This document shows positions 52,681 through 63,494 of a DNA stretch of 64,000 nt, piece after piece. The first letter of the stretch is position 1; every line of letters starts with the position of its first letter. The notes below the pieces were generated by a model. The model saw only the letters and a program-made list of their open reading frames with translations. It had not been told where the DNA came from and searched no databases. The translations under genes and the position numbers were made by a program. The stretch is from Leucoraja erinacea. Taxonomy: Eukaryota. The stretch is from assembly GCF_028641065.1 (NCBI RefSeq), contig NC_073381.1, positions 18,662,001 to 18,726,000 on the forward strand. Direction: 5' to 3'.

Positions 52681-53206
52681 TCTCGCTCCTTCTCTCTCAC
52701 CTAGGCATTCCCAGAATCATTTTGCCATTTTGCGGGGACAGCTGCTACTGCGGTCCTTCCTGTTGAGGGGGGGAGACCCTGACCCATGGCGGGTCCTGGT
52801 CCGCTCCCTCTGCGGGTGCCGCCTGGCCCGCTGAGTTCCTCCAGCACTGTGTTTTTTGTTTGGATCTGGAGTTGAAGGTGGACAATGTGGGGGGGGGGGG
52901 GGGGCTAGGGTGGCTCAGCAGGTCGGGCGGCGGCTTTGGGGAGTGGGTGGCGTTTCGGGTCAAGACCTTTCTGCAGACAATCACAAGTACTCTCACCGAC
53001 GAGAGTTCAGTTCAGTCTGAAGAAGGGTCTGCTCTCCAGAATCGCTGCCTGTCCCACTGAGTTACTCCAGCTTTATGTCTAACTTCAATTTCAAGAGTTA
53101 AATGAAAAACACAGAGTGCTGGAGGAACTAGGCGGCATCTGTGGAGGGAATAGATTAGGAGTTGTTTCGGGCTAGGATTCTTCTTCAATTGGAAGGAACT
53201 GCAGAT

Positions 53207-53238
53207 CAAAGATACTAGAGAGGATATTAGTATCTTTG
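53207..53238. mobile_element. 32-bp minimal TIR element with 8-bp TSD
   Basis: CAAAGATACTA-gagaggatat-TAGTATCTTTG flanked by CTGCAGAT on both sides. Confidence 0.75.
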
Positions 53239-55296
53239 CTGCAGATAAGGCATGATATTCTTCCGATTTAAACCGGAATTCCCATTTTATTGTTTTCCTA
53301 TTTTCAATTTTTTGTGCCCGATTCTTTGGCGGCCAATCAACTGCTGTCTCTAAGGGGGTTGTGTCCAATCACCGACCAGCTTCCCTGAAAATTCCCGTCC
53401 AATCAACAAATCGGTCTCCTCCCGTTCAATCAGTCATTGTGTCCGGGGGGAGGGGGAGGGGGAGATTTTAGATCATAGGATGAAAGAAAGGATATTGAGG
53501 GAGCATCTGAAGATGGTTTGGTCCAGGACACTGCTCTCCAGCATTGCAGCCTCACCAAAGACATTTTTTTGCATGTCATTTGTTGCTCCCACCAATCATT
53601 CTGCAGTCCTCAGTGAAGCATGGTTGATGCACTCTTTAGTGAAACATATTTGATTCCCTAACTTAATTGTAATGATGGTGTGGAATATGTTGGACCATAA
53701 GGTAAACAACTATGACAAATACAATCCTGTGGCTGCTAACGACCCACAGCTTGTGGATACCAATTTTGAGTTGCTGGGTCGGTTCTGACATGCCCTATTG
53801 TGTCATGTTTCACTGTCATCTTGCTAAATTTATCCTATTGAGCAAAATCAAAATGACATTGGAGAATGAATCTTCAGATTCCACAAACAAAATTATCGTC
53901 ATTGGCAAGTCCAAATTCCAATAAATGATTTTTAAAAAGTTACTTTTGAGATCAAGGACACTGTCAGAATTCTTGCAGCATTGCCAACATTGTCATTCAA
54001 ATATAAGGGGCATATTCCCTTCTGCTCTTCTTTTCCTGGAACTCCTCCCTGCTCACCTTCCTCCTATTTCCTCAACAACTCCACTATCCACACTGATCCC
54101 CCTCCACTCCCCCCACCCCCAACCCTTGCAATTAATGTATTTGGCAGCTTTGACACTTCACAAATAGAGTGTGCAGTTTGGAAAATGTTAACAGAACGAG
54201 GAATTCTGTAGCGTTATCACCAAAACGGGACATGTTACCATTAGGATATGAAGTACGGGGAGAAGGCAGGAGCATGGGGTTGATGGGGGGGAAAATAGAT
54301 TAGTCATGATCGAATGACAGAGCCAATGGGCCAAATAGTCTAATTCTGCTCCTATGTGTTATGATCCATTACAGCATTGCTGGATCACAAATCTCTTTCA
54401 GTTACAGGAGACGACTCAACTGTACCTTGATCAATAGTCATTCAGGTTCAAAGATAACCGCCCGCCATTAGGTCTGAACATATGGCCATTGAGCTTCTCA
54501 CGCCTGCTCTGTTAATCAATCTCATGTCTGATCCTTTATCTCAGCACCAATTTTTTGCACCAACCACATATTCCTCCAATCCCTAAACATCTATTTAAAG
54601 AAAATATTTGCATTTGGAAATAGCAGCTTGGTTTGGCCTGGTTTAAAAGTTGCAATTCCCCTTCTCCATGTAATTAATTAACTTTAAGATTTTTACTTCA
54701 AGTAACTGTGCCAGTGTTTATTAATCTAACCACAAACTTCCTCTTAGCAATTCATGTGAACATCTTACATTTGTTTACAGCTTACCAACTCACTGATTAT
54801 GGAGAAACAATGGATTCAATTACAACCTTTAAGAATTATAATGACAATCACACGTGACCTGTCAAGTACCTCATTTTTAATGGGCTGGTGGAGGAGGGTT
54901 TATCTTCACAAATCCCTGCAATGTTTTATTGTTGCCAACATCTGGTGCTTACATTTTAGTGTAGTACATATGAAGCCTGAAGAAAAAGAGTTACATATCT
55001 CTCTTTTCCTGAAAATTGCATCACAGCTCAGCATTCGTACAGTCAGAAATTTAGCATAATCCAAACTACAAAAATATGAAGAAAGAACACAGAACTGCAG
55101 AGCAAATGCGTAGGAAGGAACTGCAGATGCTGGTTTAAACCGAAGACAGACACAAAAAGCTGTAGTAACTCAGTGGGTCACGCAGCATCTCTGGAGAAAA
55201 AGAATAGGTGATGCTTTGGGTTGGACCCTTCTTCAGACTGAGATTCAGGGGAAAAGGAAATGCTGGTTTACCAGAAAAGATAAAGTGCTGGAGTAA

Positions 55297-55523
55297 AGGG
55301 CCTGTCCCACTTTCACGACCTAATTCACAACCTTTTTTACTCGTGGACATTTTTCATCAGGTTAGAAAAAACTCCCTGACCTACTTGATGCCACGAGTAC
55401 CTACAACTAGCATCACGGCCTGCTATGACCTACCTATGACCTCCTACAACCATGCTGCGAGTACGAGTCAAGGTCAAACTCGGCAGAGGTCGTGAATTAG
55501 GTCGTGAAAGTGGGACAGGCCTT
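55297..55523. mobile_element. PIF/Harbinger-like MITE inserted in a short repeat
   Basis: Long TIR agggcctgtcccactttcacgacctaattcac with TAA TSD. It splits the repeat ggagTAActcagcggg. Confidence 0.85.
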
Positions 55524-55974
55524 TAACTCAGCGGGTCAGGCAGCATCTCTTAAGAACACGGGACCCTTCTTCAGACGCCTCAAGCAATGCTTACTATGAA
55601 TCTCAAGGTATGCCTACCTTGAATCTCCTCAAGGTATGTCTACTTTGAATGCAAAGTCTCAATGTTTGCCTACATGATGTTCTCCTCCTCTCTCATATGT
55701 TATCCAGAGAGGCCAGCTGACCCACTGAGTTACTCCAGCACTTTGTGACTTTTTTCTTGTAAAGCAACATCGGCAGTTCCTAGTTTTTACTAGACTAAGT
55801 GGTCCCATGTTCAAACGGGAAGGCTGGTCCCCCGACGCAATATTCCACCTCTCTACCAATTACAATTTGGTGGCCAGTGGGGGGGGCTTTCTGGAGCGCT
55901 GGTATGGGTTCTTGGGGTGGCAGCTCAGTCCCTCAAGCCTGATCTGCTGGCAGTTGACTCATGGCTATTCCATG

Positions 55975-56232
55975 AAATTCCATTTCAAGCAGGGTGCAAG
56001 GCCACCAAATTAAAGTGCAGTTCCCAACCACTTCAAGCAGGGTGCAAGGCTACCGAATTCAAGTGCAGTTTAATACCACTTCAAGCTGGATCCAAGGCCA
56101 CCAAATTCAAGTGCAGTTTCATACCACTTTCAGCAGGGTGCAAGGCCACCAAATTCAGTGCAGTTTCATACCACTTCAAGCAGGGTGCAAGGCCACCAAA
56201 TTCAAGTGCAGGTTCATTCCATTTCAAGCAGG
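55975..56232. repeat. 48-bp minisatellite, about 5 copies
   Basis: Unit acttcaagcagggtgcaaggccaccaaattcaagtgcagtttcatacc. Confidence 0.9.
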
Positions 56233-56607
56233 GGGAAACCACCATAAAACCACACAAAACACCAAACTCACAGTTCAGAAGCCATTCAGTGTGATCAGTT
56301 GATTCACAACCCATACAGTGTCGTGACCTCTCCCTCCCTCATCAGGCAGAGACTGAACCACACCCAAACATCCGGGTTTTATAACCCCTCCCCCTCCCAC
56401 CGGAAAATGTGTGGCCTTCATGGCGTGATTGACAGGAGAGAGATTTTCAACATTTTTTAAACACTAATAACACTTTTATTTTTAATTGATGGGAAGAATT
56501 CTCTGCACCTGCTGAGCAGAGGGAGACTGAGTAAGATGGCCAAAAAAATCACAGCCGCAAGTGGTAGCGTTTTATCTAAAATCAATATAAAGTGCAAACA
56601 GGAAGTG

Positions 56608-57090
56608 CATTTGCAGTAGTGTCTTTTAACTTCAAGCCAAAGCACACAGGCCGCCATTTTCAGTAAATAGTGCCTTTCAACTTCAAGCCAAAGCACCCAA
56701 ACCGCCATTTGCAGTAAGTAGCGCCTTTCAACTTCAAGCCAAAGCACCCAAGCCACCATTTGCAGTAAGTAGTGCCTTTCAACTTCAAGCCAAAGCACAC
56801 AAGCCGCCATTTGCAGTAAGTAGTGCCTTTCAACTTCAAGCCAAAGCACCCAAGCCGCCATTTGCAGTAAGTAGTGCCTTTCAACTTCAAGCCAAAGCAC
56901 CCGTCACCATTTGCAGTAAGTATTGCCTTTCAACTTCAAGCCAAAGCACCCAAGCCACCATTTGCAGTAAGTAGTGCTTTTTAACTTCAAGCCAAAGCAC
57001 CCAAGCCACCATTTGCAGTAAGTAGTGCCTTTTAACTTCGCCAAAGCACCCAAACAACCATTTGCAGGCAGTGCCTTTTTACTTCAAACA
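56608..57090. repeat. 51-bp minisatellite, about 9-10 copies
   Basis: Unit catttgcagtaagtagtgcctttcaacttcaagccaaagcacccaagccgc. Confidence 0.92.
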
Positions 57091-57691
57091 AACCATATTT
57101 TCATTTTCAAACCACAGTAAGGGGACTCAGTTGAGAAGACATGTGTTCAGTGTTATTCAGAGCTCAGAGAGACGTGATCCTTTGGCTTCATCCATCTTGC
57201 AGAGACTGAGTGAGGCACGCCACTTCCTGGTTTTATAGTCCCTCCCCCTCCCTCCAGCAGGGGCAGCAGAGAGAATGGTGATTTTTTTTTTAAAACATTA
57301 ATATCTCTCCGATTTGTCATCGATGGGAAAAATTCTCCGGTCCAGGAAGGCGGAGGGGGGCTCTGAGGTGGCCAAAAATGACGGCCGTAGGTGGCGGCAT
57401 TCTCTCGGAAATCGCAGCACAGCGGGCCAAAAGCGGTCAAGATCAGACTTTTAGTAAAATAGATATTTTGCTGCTCCACTGCAAAATCTCCTCAAGGTAT
57501 GCTTACTTTGAATTTCTCCTCGTCTGAGAAAGAGCCCCAACCCAAAATGTTCTCCAGAGATGCTGCCCGACTGCCTTTTCTTTCACAATAAATGATCGTA
57601 AGTTTTCACTTTTGACAGATTGTTAAAAAATAATTCATATGCAAGTTGCCACATAACATTCAACATTTGTGAGAATAACCACTGTTCACGC

Positions 57692-58294
57692 CAAAGATTA
57701 TAGAGCAGAGCAAGATGCGCCACTCTGCGAAAAAAATCATAGTATGACATGGGTATGACATGACGCCATTTTATTGAGCTGCAATTTACAATAATATTAA
57801 TAAAATTTACAATAATAATAACTAAATATGTGAAGTGATCGATACTATATAAAACATTGTTCCCTACAAGTTCCCTAGCAGTCTGAAGAAGGGTTTCGGC
57901 CCGAAACGTCGCCTATTTCCTTCGCTCCATAGATGCTGCTGCACCTGCTGAGTTTCTCCAGCAATTTTGTGTACCACTGTTCCCTACAACACTGATTACA
58001 CGAAAGATGATAGAGCGGATCAATCTTTGGAATGGATTACACCGAAGATACTAGAGGAGCCTTGCCCGCTGCCTACTACTAGAGGAGACTCTAGTATCTT
58101 TGCGATTCTGTATCTAGTATCTTTTCCCTGCGACCTGATGTAAGAGCAGATTGTATAACTGTGGAGTCCGTCTCCTCTACCAAAGATGTCGCGTTTGGCA
58201 TAAACAAATGGCGGCCGTGACGTTCCGTTACGTACAACACGTCAGTCCATTGGATTTCGGAGGAGTGGTCTATCTTGCTGCTCTAGGATCTTTG
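57692..58294. mobile_element. Composite CAAAGAT-TIR non-autonomous element with 8-bp TSD (P- or hAT-like)
   Basis: Termini CAAAGATtatagagc ... gctctaggATCTTTG with TSD GTTCACGC at 57684 and 58295. Confidence 0.8.
57880..57914 (+). ncRNA. Minimal type I hammerhead ribozyme motif (Penelope-associated)
   Basis: CTGAAGA-a-GGGT-ttcg-GCCC-GAAA-cg-TC, with intact core and a GUC cleavage triplet. Confidence 0.6.
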
Positions 58295-58789
58295 GTTCAC
58301 GCTGTACACATACATATAAAATTTCATATAACAGAACACAACCAGTTGACAGGTTAAAACAAATGAATAATTTTCTGATCAATGTAGCAAACCTGTAACA
58401 AATTCTATTACCAAAAGTCATTCTGGTGTACCAGAATACCAAATATATCTAAATAGGATGCCACATTTGTTTCTCCTGTTATTTTCCCCAGGTTTTGCCG
58501 TTTAGAATTATTTTCAGGGGATTCGAGGAGGATCTGTGTAAGTTCACGAAGCACAGGTGAGGTTCTGAAAAACTGGAGTGCAGCCAACATGGTTCCTTTC
58601 TTAAAGAAGTGAAGTAGAGATAATCCAAGAAAGTGAACAAGGACTGTAAGGACAAAGTTTGCGGCGATGGAGAAGCTAAGATATTTTATTACAGTGTATA
58701 AACTTTAAACTGAACCAAAATAATTTGTGTTTTGTGTATTTTCGGTATAAGAAACTAATATATCTAAATTGCTTTTTTTGATCATTATC

Positions 58790-59640
58790 AATAGCAAGTT
58801 TGCAGTTGACACAAAAGTGGGTGGGATTGTAGACAGTGAAGATGGTTGTCAATAATTGCAGCAGGATAGGCAGGTGCGCTGAGGAATGGTTGGTGGAATT
58901 TAAAACAGAGAAATTGAGGAATTGCATTTTGGGACGACTAACATGGGCAGGACATACACAGTAGGGTAGAGGGATCAAGGTGTATAGGTACATAGGTTGT
59001 TGAAAGTGACATCACAGGCAGACAGGGGGGGGGGTCAGAAAGGCTTTTGGCACAATGGTCTTCGTCAGTGTATTGGGAGGTCATGTTGCAGTTGTGTAAG
59101 ATTTTGGTGAAGCTGCATTTAGAGTTCTGGTTCAGAGTTCAGTTCTGGGCACCATGTTATAGGAAAGATGTTGCCAAGCTGGAGGGGAGGATTTACAAGG
59201 ATATTGCCACTACTCGAGGGCCTGAGCTAAAGAGAAAGGTTGAGCAGGCTATGACTCTATTCCTTGAAGCACAGGAGGATGAGGGGTGATCTTATAGAGG
59301 TGTACAAAATCATGAGAGGAATAGATCGGGTAGATGCACAGAATCTCTTGCCCAGAGTAGGGGAATCGAGGTGGGAAAGATTTAATAGAAACCTGAGGGG
59401 TAACTTTTTTCACAAAGAGTGGTGGGTGTACGGAAAGGGCTGCCGGAGGAGGTAGTTGAGACAAGTACTATCGTAATGTTTAAGAAACATTTGGAAAGGT
59501 ACACAGATAGGGCAGATTTAGAGCGATATGGGCCAATGCTGGCAGGTGGGGCTAGTTTAGATGGGACATGTTGGCTGGAGTGGGCAAGTTGGGCAGAAGG
59601 GCCTATTTCCACGCTGTAAGACTATGTATGACTCTATTTC
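58790..59640 (+). mobile_element. CR1 LINE 3' portion
   Basis: SKFAVDTKVGG, LVKLHLE..VQFWAP, RMRGDLIEVYKIMRG and a CR1 3'UTR. Confidence 0.8.
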
Positions 59641-60884
59641 TAAATGTCATTCTATGTCAGAGACATTTAAAGTTATTAAGTCAATAGATAGAATACAGTT
59701 CATATTTGGTTGTTTCTTCAGACATGATTACATTACACTGATTTTTCCTTGTATTTCCTATTGATTCCATACCTTAAAAATAGGCAGGACATTTTACTTA
59801 GCCATCAGCAAAACGAAAACAGAGCAAATACAATTTTAAGTGCAACTTTCCTATTATATCTCAACAAAATTTTACTGACATAATAAAATCCTCCCAAGTG
59901 ATAGAAGACATACCATAGTGTGCATGATTCAGTGACTTCTAGTGTGGTGCAATTTTCAATTATATGAGAAATCATTGTGAATTTGCAAAAATTGATGACA
60001 TACCAAAATCAAGTACATGTGAAAAATGGGCATGAATTATTAAATAGCCTCAACTATCCTTGTATGCACAAAATAAAGGAATTGATATTTGGCATATTGA
60101 GCTTCCATTTTCTTCTGTTTCTATTTAAAAAAAACATAATCTAAAAACAAATTTATAATCTACTTGCAAAAGAACAATTTTGGTACGTGTTAGTGAAGAA
60201 TCGTTACAGAATTATAAAGGAATGAGAGATCTTGAACAACTGTTCAGCAAAAAAGCTGAAGGTTACTTAAATATTAAGCAAGTTCAAATGCTTGTAACAG
60301 TAAACGGTGCTTTTGATTCAGATTCAGAAAACTTTATTGTCTGTCGTAACAGAAAATCTTCTTTGACGTGGCTCAACATACAGACAGGACAATGTACTGA
60401 TAAGCAGTCATACAACACAGATTTCTGCGAGCACACACAGTGTGTATCGATCTTAAAAGCAAATATAAAGATTAAAAACTGTAAAAATAGACAAGATAAA
60501 AGTTGTGGATACGTGTGAAGTGACAATGCGTCAGGGTTAATTTGTCCATTGTTCATTTTTTATTTAAGATGTTTATGGCAATGGGTATGAATGAGTTTTA
60601 ATATTCTTTATCCAGTCCCTGATTTTTGGTGTTACCATGACACCATCCTGACGTCTTAGAATTGACAATACCACTCTCGAGGACACCACCATTGAAGACA
60701 ATAAGGATAGAAAATTTGCCAAGTCTCCCAAAGGATAAAATAGCATTTGTCAACTACAAACAGCAACACAATCTGTATTCTTTCTGGTACCAAACCCAAG
60801 GGTTTCAATACTTTACGTTACATAATGGGTGAGGTAGGTGCTTTAGACTATTTGATTAATATAATCCAAGTTTAATTTGCAATA

Positions 60885-62188
60885 CAGGTGCACAACCTTT
60901 TATCCGAAATTCCAAATAACGAAAAGCTCCGAATAGCGGACATTTTTTCGGTCCTTGAAGACGTTCACCGAGGGCGGCCCGCAGAGGTGACAGCGAAACC
61001 TCCGGTCGGTCCTCGAAGAAAGGGGAACTAAATCCCCATTCATAAAAGAGAAGGTGAGGGTATATTGCGCAAGAGGGTTAATAATTTACAATCTGCTGCT
61101 GCCTGCCCGCTGAGTTAAAAAGTTCCCACGGTAGACTCACGATACACAGTGTATCGTGAGTCTTGCGTGGGAACTTTTTAACTCAGCAGGCAGGCAGCAG
61201 CAGATTGTTGCTCCCTTCAGTTTCACCCCACCTACAGCCCTCTGCTTCCCGGCCATGTGTGTGACCCCCTTCCCTCCCCTCTCCAGCTCCCTGCCCATTG
61301 CACCGGCGCGGGGGCTTTGCACTGGCTTCACGTTTGCGATGCCAGCAGGTCAGTGCCAGTCAGAGACGGAGACGTCAGGACCAATGGGACACCGACCCCC
61401 AGGCCCACTGCAAGCACGGAGATCCCAGAGACCCACAGCCAGCAGCAGCCCAGCCCCGTTCCAACTCCAGAGGAAAACTGCAAACTGGCCGGAGACGTCA
61501 GGACCACCAGAAGCCGCTCCTCGATGAGCCGCTACGGCAGTTCGCTGCGCCCCCTCATCGGGACACCAACCCCCAGGCCCACTGCAAGCACGGAGATCCC
61601 GGATCAGCAACTCCAGCCCAGCCCCGCTCCAACTCCAGAGAAACACGTAGGGGCAGAAGCTGATGGTGTGCAAGGTACGTCTTGTTCTTGGGGTGGCGCA
61701 GCTCGGGCTGTCGGCGAACTGCCACTTGCCGCCGTAGCGGCCCATCGGGGAGCGGATTCCTCTGGAGTTGGAGGGGGAGGGGGGTATTGTGCTGTTTGAT
61801 CGCCCCCTGTTATCCCAGGGACAGGGAGACACAGCGGCTTTTGAGAAAGGGTGGGCAATCACTTCCAAAGTTCTGCCCACACAGTCAGTACACCTCTCCT
61901 ACACTTGTCTCCCGCACTAAGATCATCTCGCAGAGAATGATCCCAGCCTAACCCTCCCTATTCTCTCCTATTCTGCAAGATAAAACTACATTGAAGACTC
62001 AAACTCGCGATCGAATAACTGCCGGGATCGAGGCGCAAACTCGCGACCTTGCGGATATGAGCCGAGCACTCTACCACCGAGCCAGCCGTTAAAATCTATG
62101 CTAAAAATCTTCCATTCCGAAAGCCGAAAAATTCAGAATTACGAAAAGTGTCTGGTCCAAGGATTTCGGATAAATGGTTGTGCACCTG
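60885..62188. mobile_element. Tc1/mariner-superfamily (pogo/Tigger-like) non-autonomous element
   Basis: TA|CAGGTGCACAACCTTTTATCCGAAAT ... ATTTCGGATAAATGGTTGTGCACCTG|TA. Confidence 0.85.
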
Positions 62189-62485
62189 TATACGATAATC
62201 TGACTTAATAGGCCTATAATCAGCTCCAAATGGGAAGAAAATGAAACAAGATTTGAGTCACAAACAATTTAATTTGCTTACAGAAATATTTATCGGATCA
62301 CACAAGATCTGAACTTTACCCTTTATATTACTCCAATATTGAGACAAAATCAAAGGAATCTTTATAAAACAATCCTGTTACACCAGTTTACATTCATAGT
62401 TGTCACATTTGCCCAAGATGCAAAAAGTAGTAGGTGGAGGACAGTGGGAGGAAGAGGCAAAAAACCCCCAGAGCCATAAAAACAC

Positions 62486-62770
62486 AGGGGCAGCATAGTG
62501 CTACAGCTGCTACCTCTCAGTGCCAGAGACCTAGATTCGAACCTGACCTCCAGTGCTGTCTATGTGGAGATTGCACGCGTTTCCTCCAGGTGCTCCGGTT
62601 TCCTCCTACATCCCAAAGGCGTACAGGTTTGTAGTTTAATTAAACTTTGTACAATTACTCTAGGGCATGGGGAGTGAGTGGACAAAAAAGTGGGATAACA
62701 TAGAGCTAGTATGATGGTCAGCATGGACTTGATGGGCCGAAAGGCTCATTTCCATGCTGTATCTCAGAAC
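62486..62770 (+). mobile_element. HE1-like SINE
   Basis: B-box-like gattcgaacc, core ctccggtttcctcc..catcccaaag, tail gatgggccgaaagg. Confidence 0.65.
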
Positions 62771-63038
62771 AAAACTAACAGTAGAAGAACCTTTAATTAA
62801 TCAATTAAAGCACAGAATACTTTAAAATTTGGAATGATTAGTTTTCAGAGCCCAATGATTACAAAGTACAGCAGGGAGGAAGACAGTCTAGGATACGTTA
62901 CAGCAAGGAAAAACCTGGATGAACATAAAATGTAAAGCAATGTAGAAAGTGAAAAGGCCTTCTTCTCGGACGTTCAGGATGTAGTCAAATTAACATTCAA
63001 CTGACAATTGGCGATGAGCACTTTAACAAAATACTGAC

Positions 63039-63130
63039 CAGAACTTGATGGTTTCTGTCGCGTTCAGATTTTCTTTGTGGATATAGTAGTGAAAAAGAGT
63101 GAGGAACTTCTCCAGGCAGTCAATTTTGAC
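63039..63130 (-). other. LYST: Candidate upstream (5'UTR or N-terminal extension) exon of LYST, 92 bp
   Basis: Non-repetitive-looking sequence with strong acceptor ttcttttgtttttAG and donor CTG|GTCAGT. The first coding exon has an acceptor, so an upstream exon must exist. Confidence 0.55.
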
Positions 63131-63494
63131 CTAAAAACAAAAGAATTCATAAACCTCAATACAAGAAATTATACACAACAAACATAAAATTGACTAATGG
63201 TAAAAGAACACAATGCACATGTTTATTTGAGGAAAATCAGTTAACATGGAACTCGAGTGCAAAACAGGTTGTTTACCAGGTCAACTTCAATGATAAAGAG
63301 CAATACAGCTTCAAAAAGTTTTTGAATGCAATAAGTTTCGTATCAAAGGTACATGAACAAATTTAACATGGGAACGTAGTTCTTAATTTTCAGGACAAGA
63401 AATAGAAAAAAAAACATTGCATCTCACTATGTTCTGCCATTCAAATGATCAGTGCAAATCTTCTCTCTACATCTCTTTCTGGACTGGACTGGAC

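Larger units (their letters stand above)
55790..57463 (-). mobile_element. Non-autonomous Helitron carrying two minisatellites
   Basis: Minus-strand start TCtattttactaaaa and end ...cacttagtCTAG|T. Confidence 0.65.

Noticed and set aside
51400-52850. CpG-rich patch as the main LYST promoter
   Set aside because: The CpG content is explained by BCL7, AOC and transposon pieces, and a better upstream exon candidate lies at 63 kb.
56608-57090. CRISPR-like regular array and 17-aa repeat protein ORFs
   Set aside because: Units are contiguous with no unique spacers, the context is eukaryotic, and the ORFs result from a 51-bp period.
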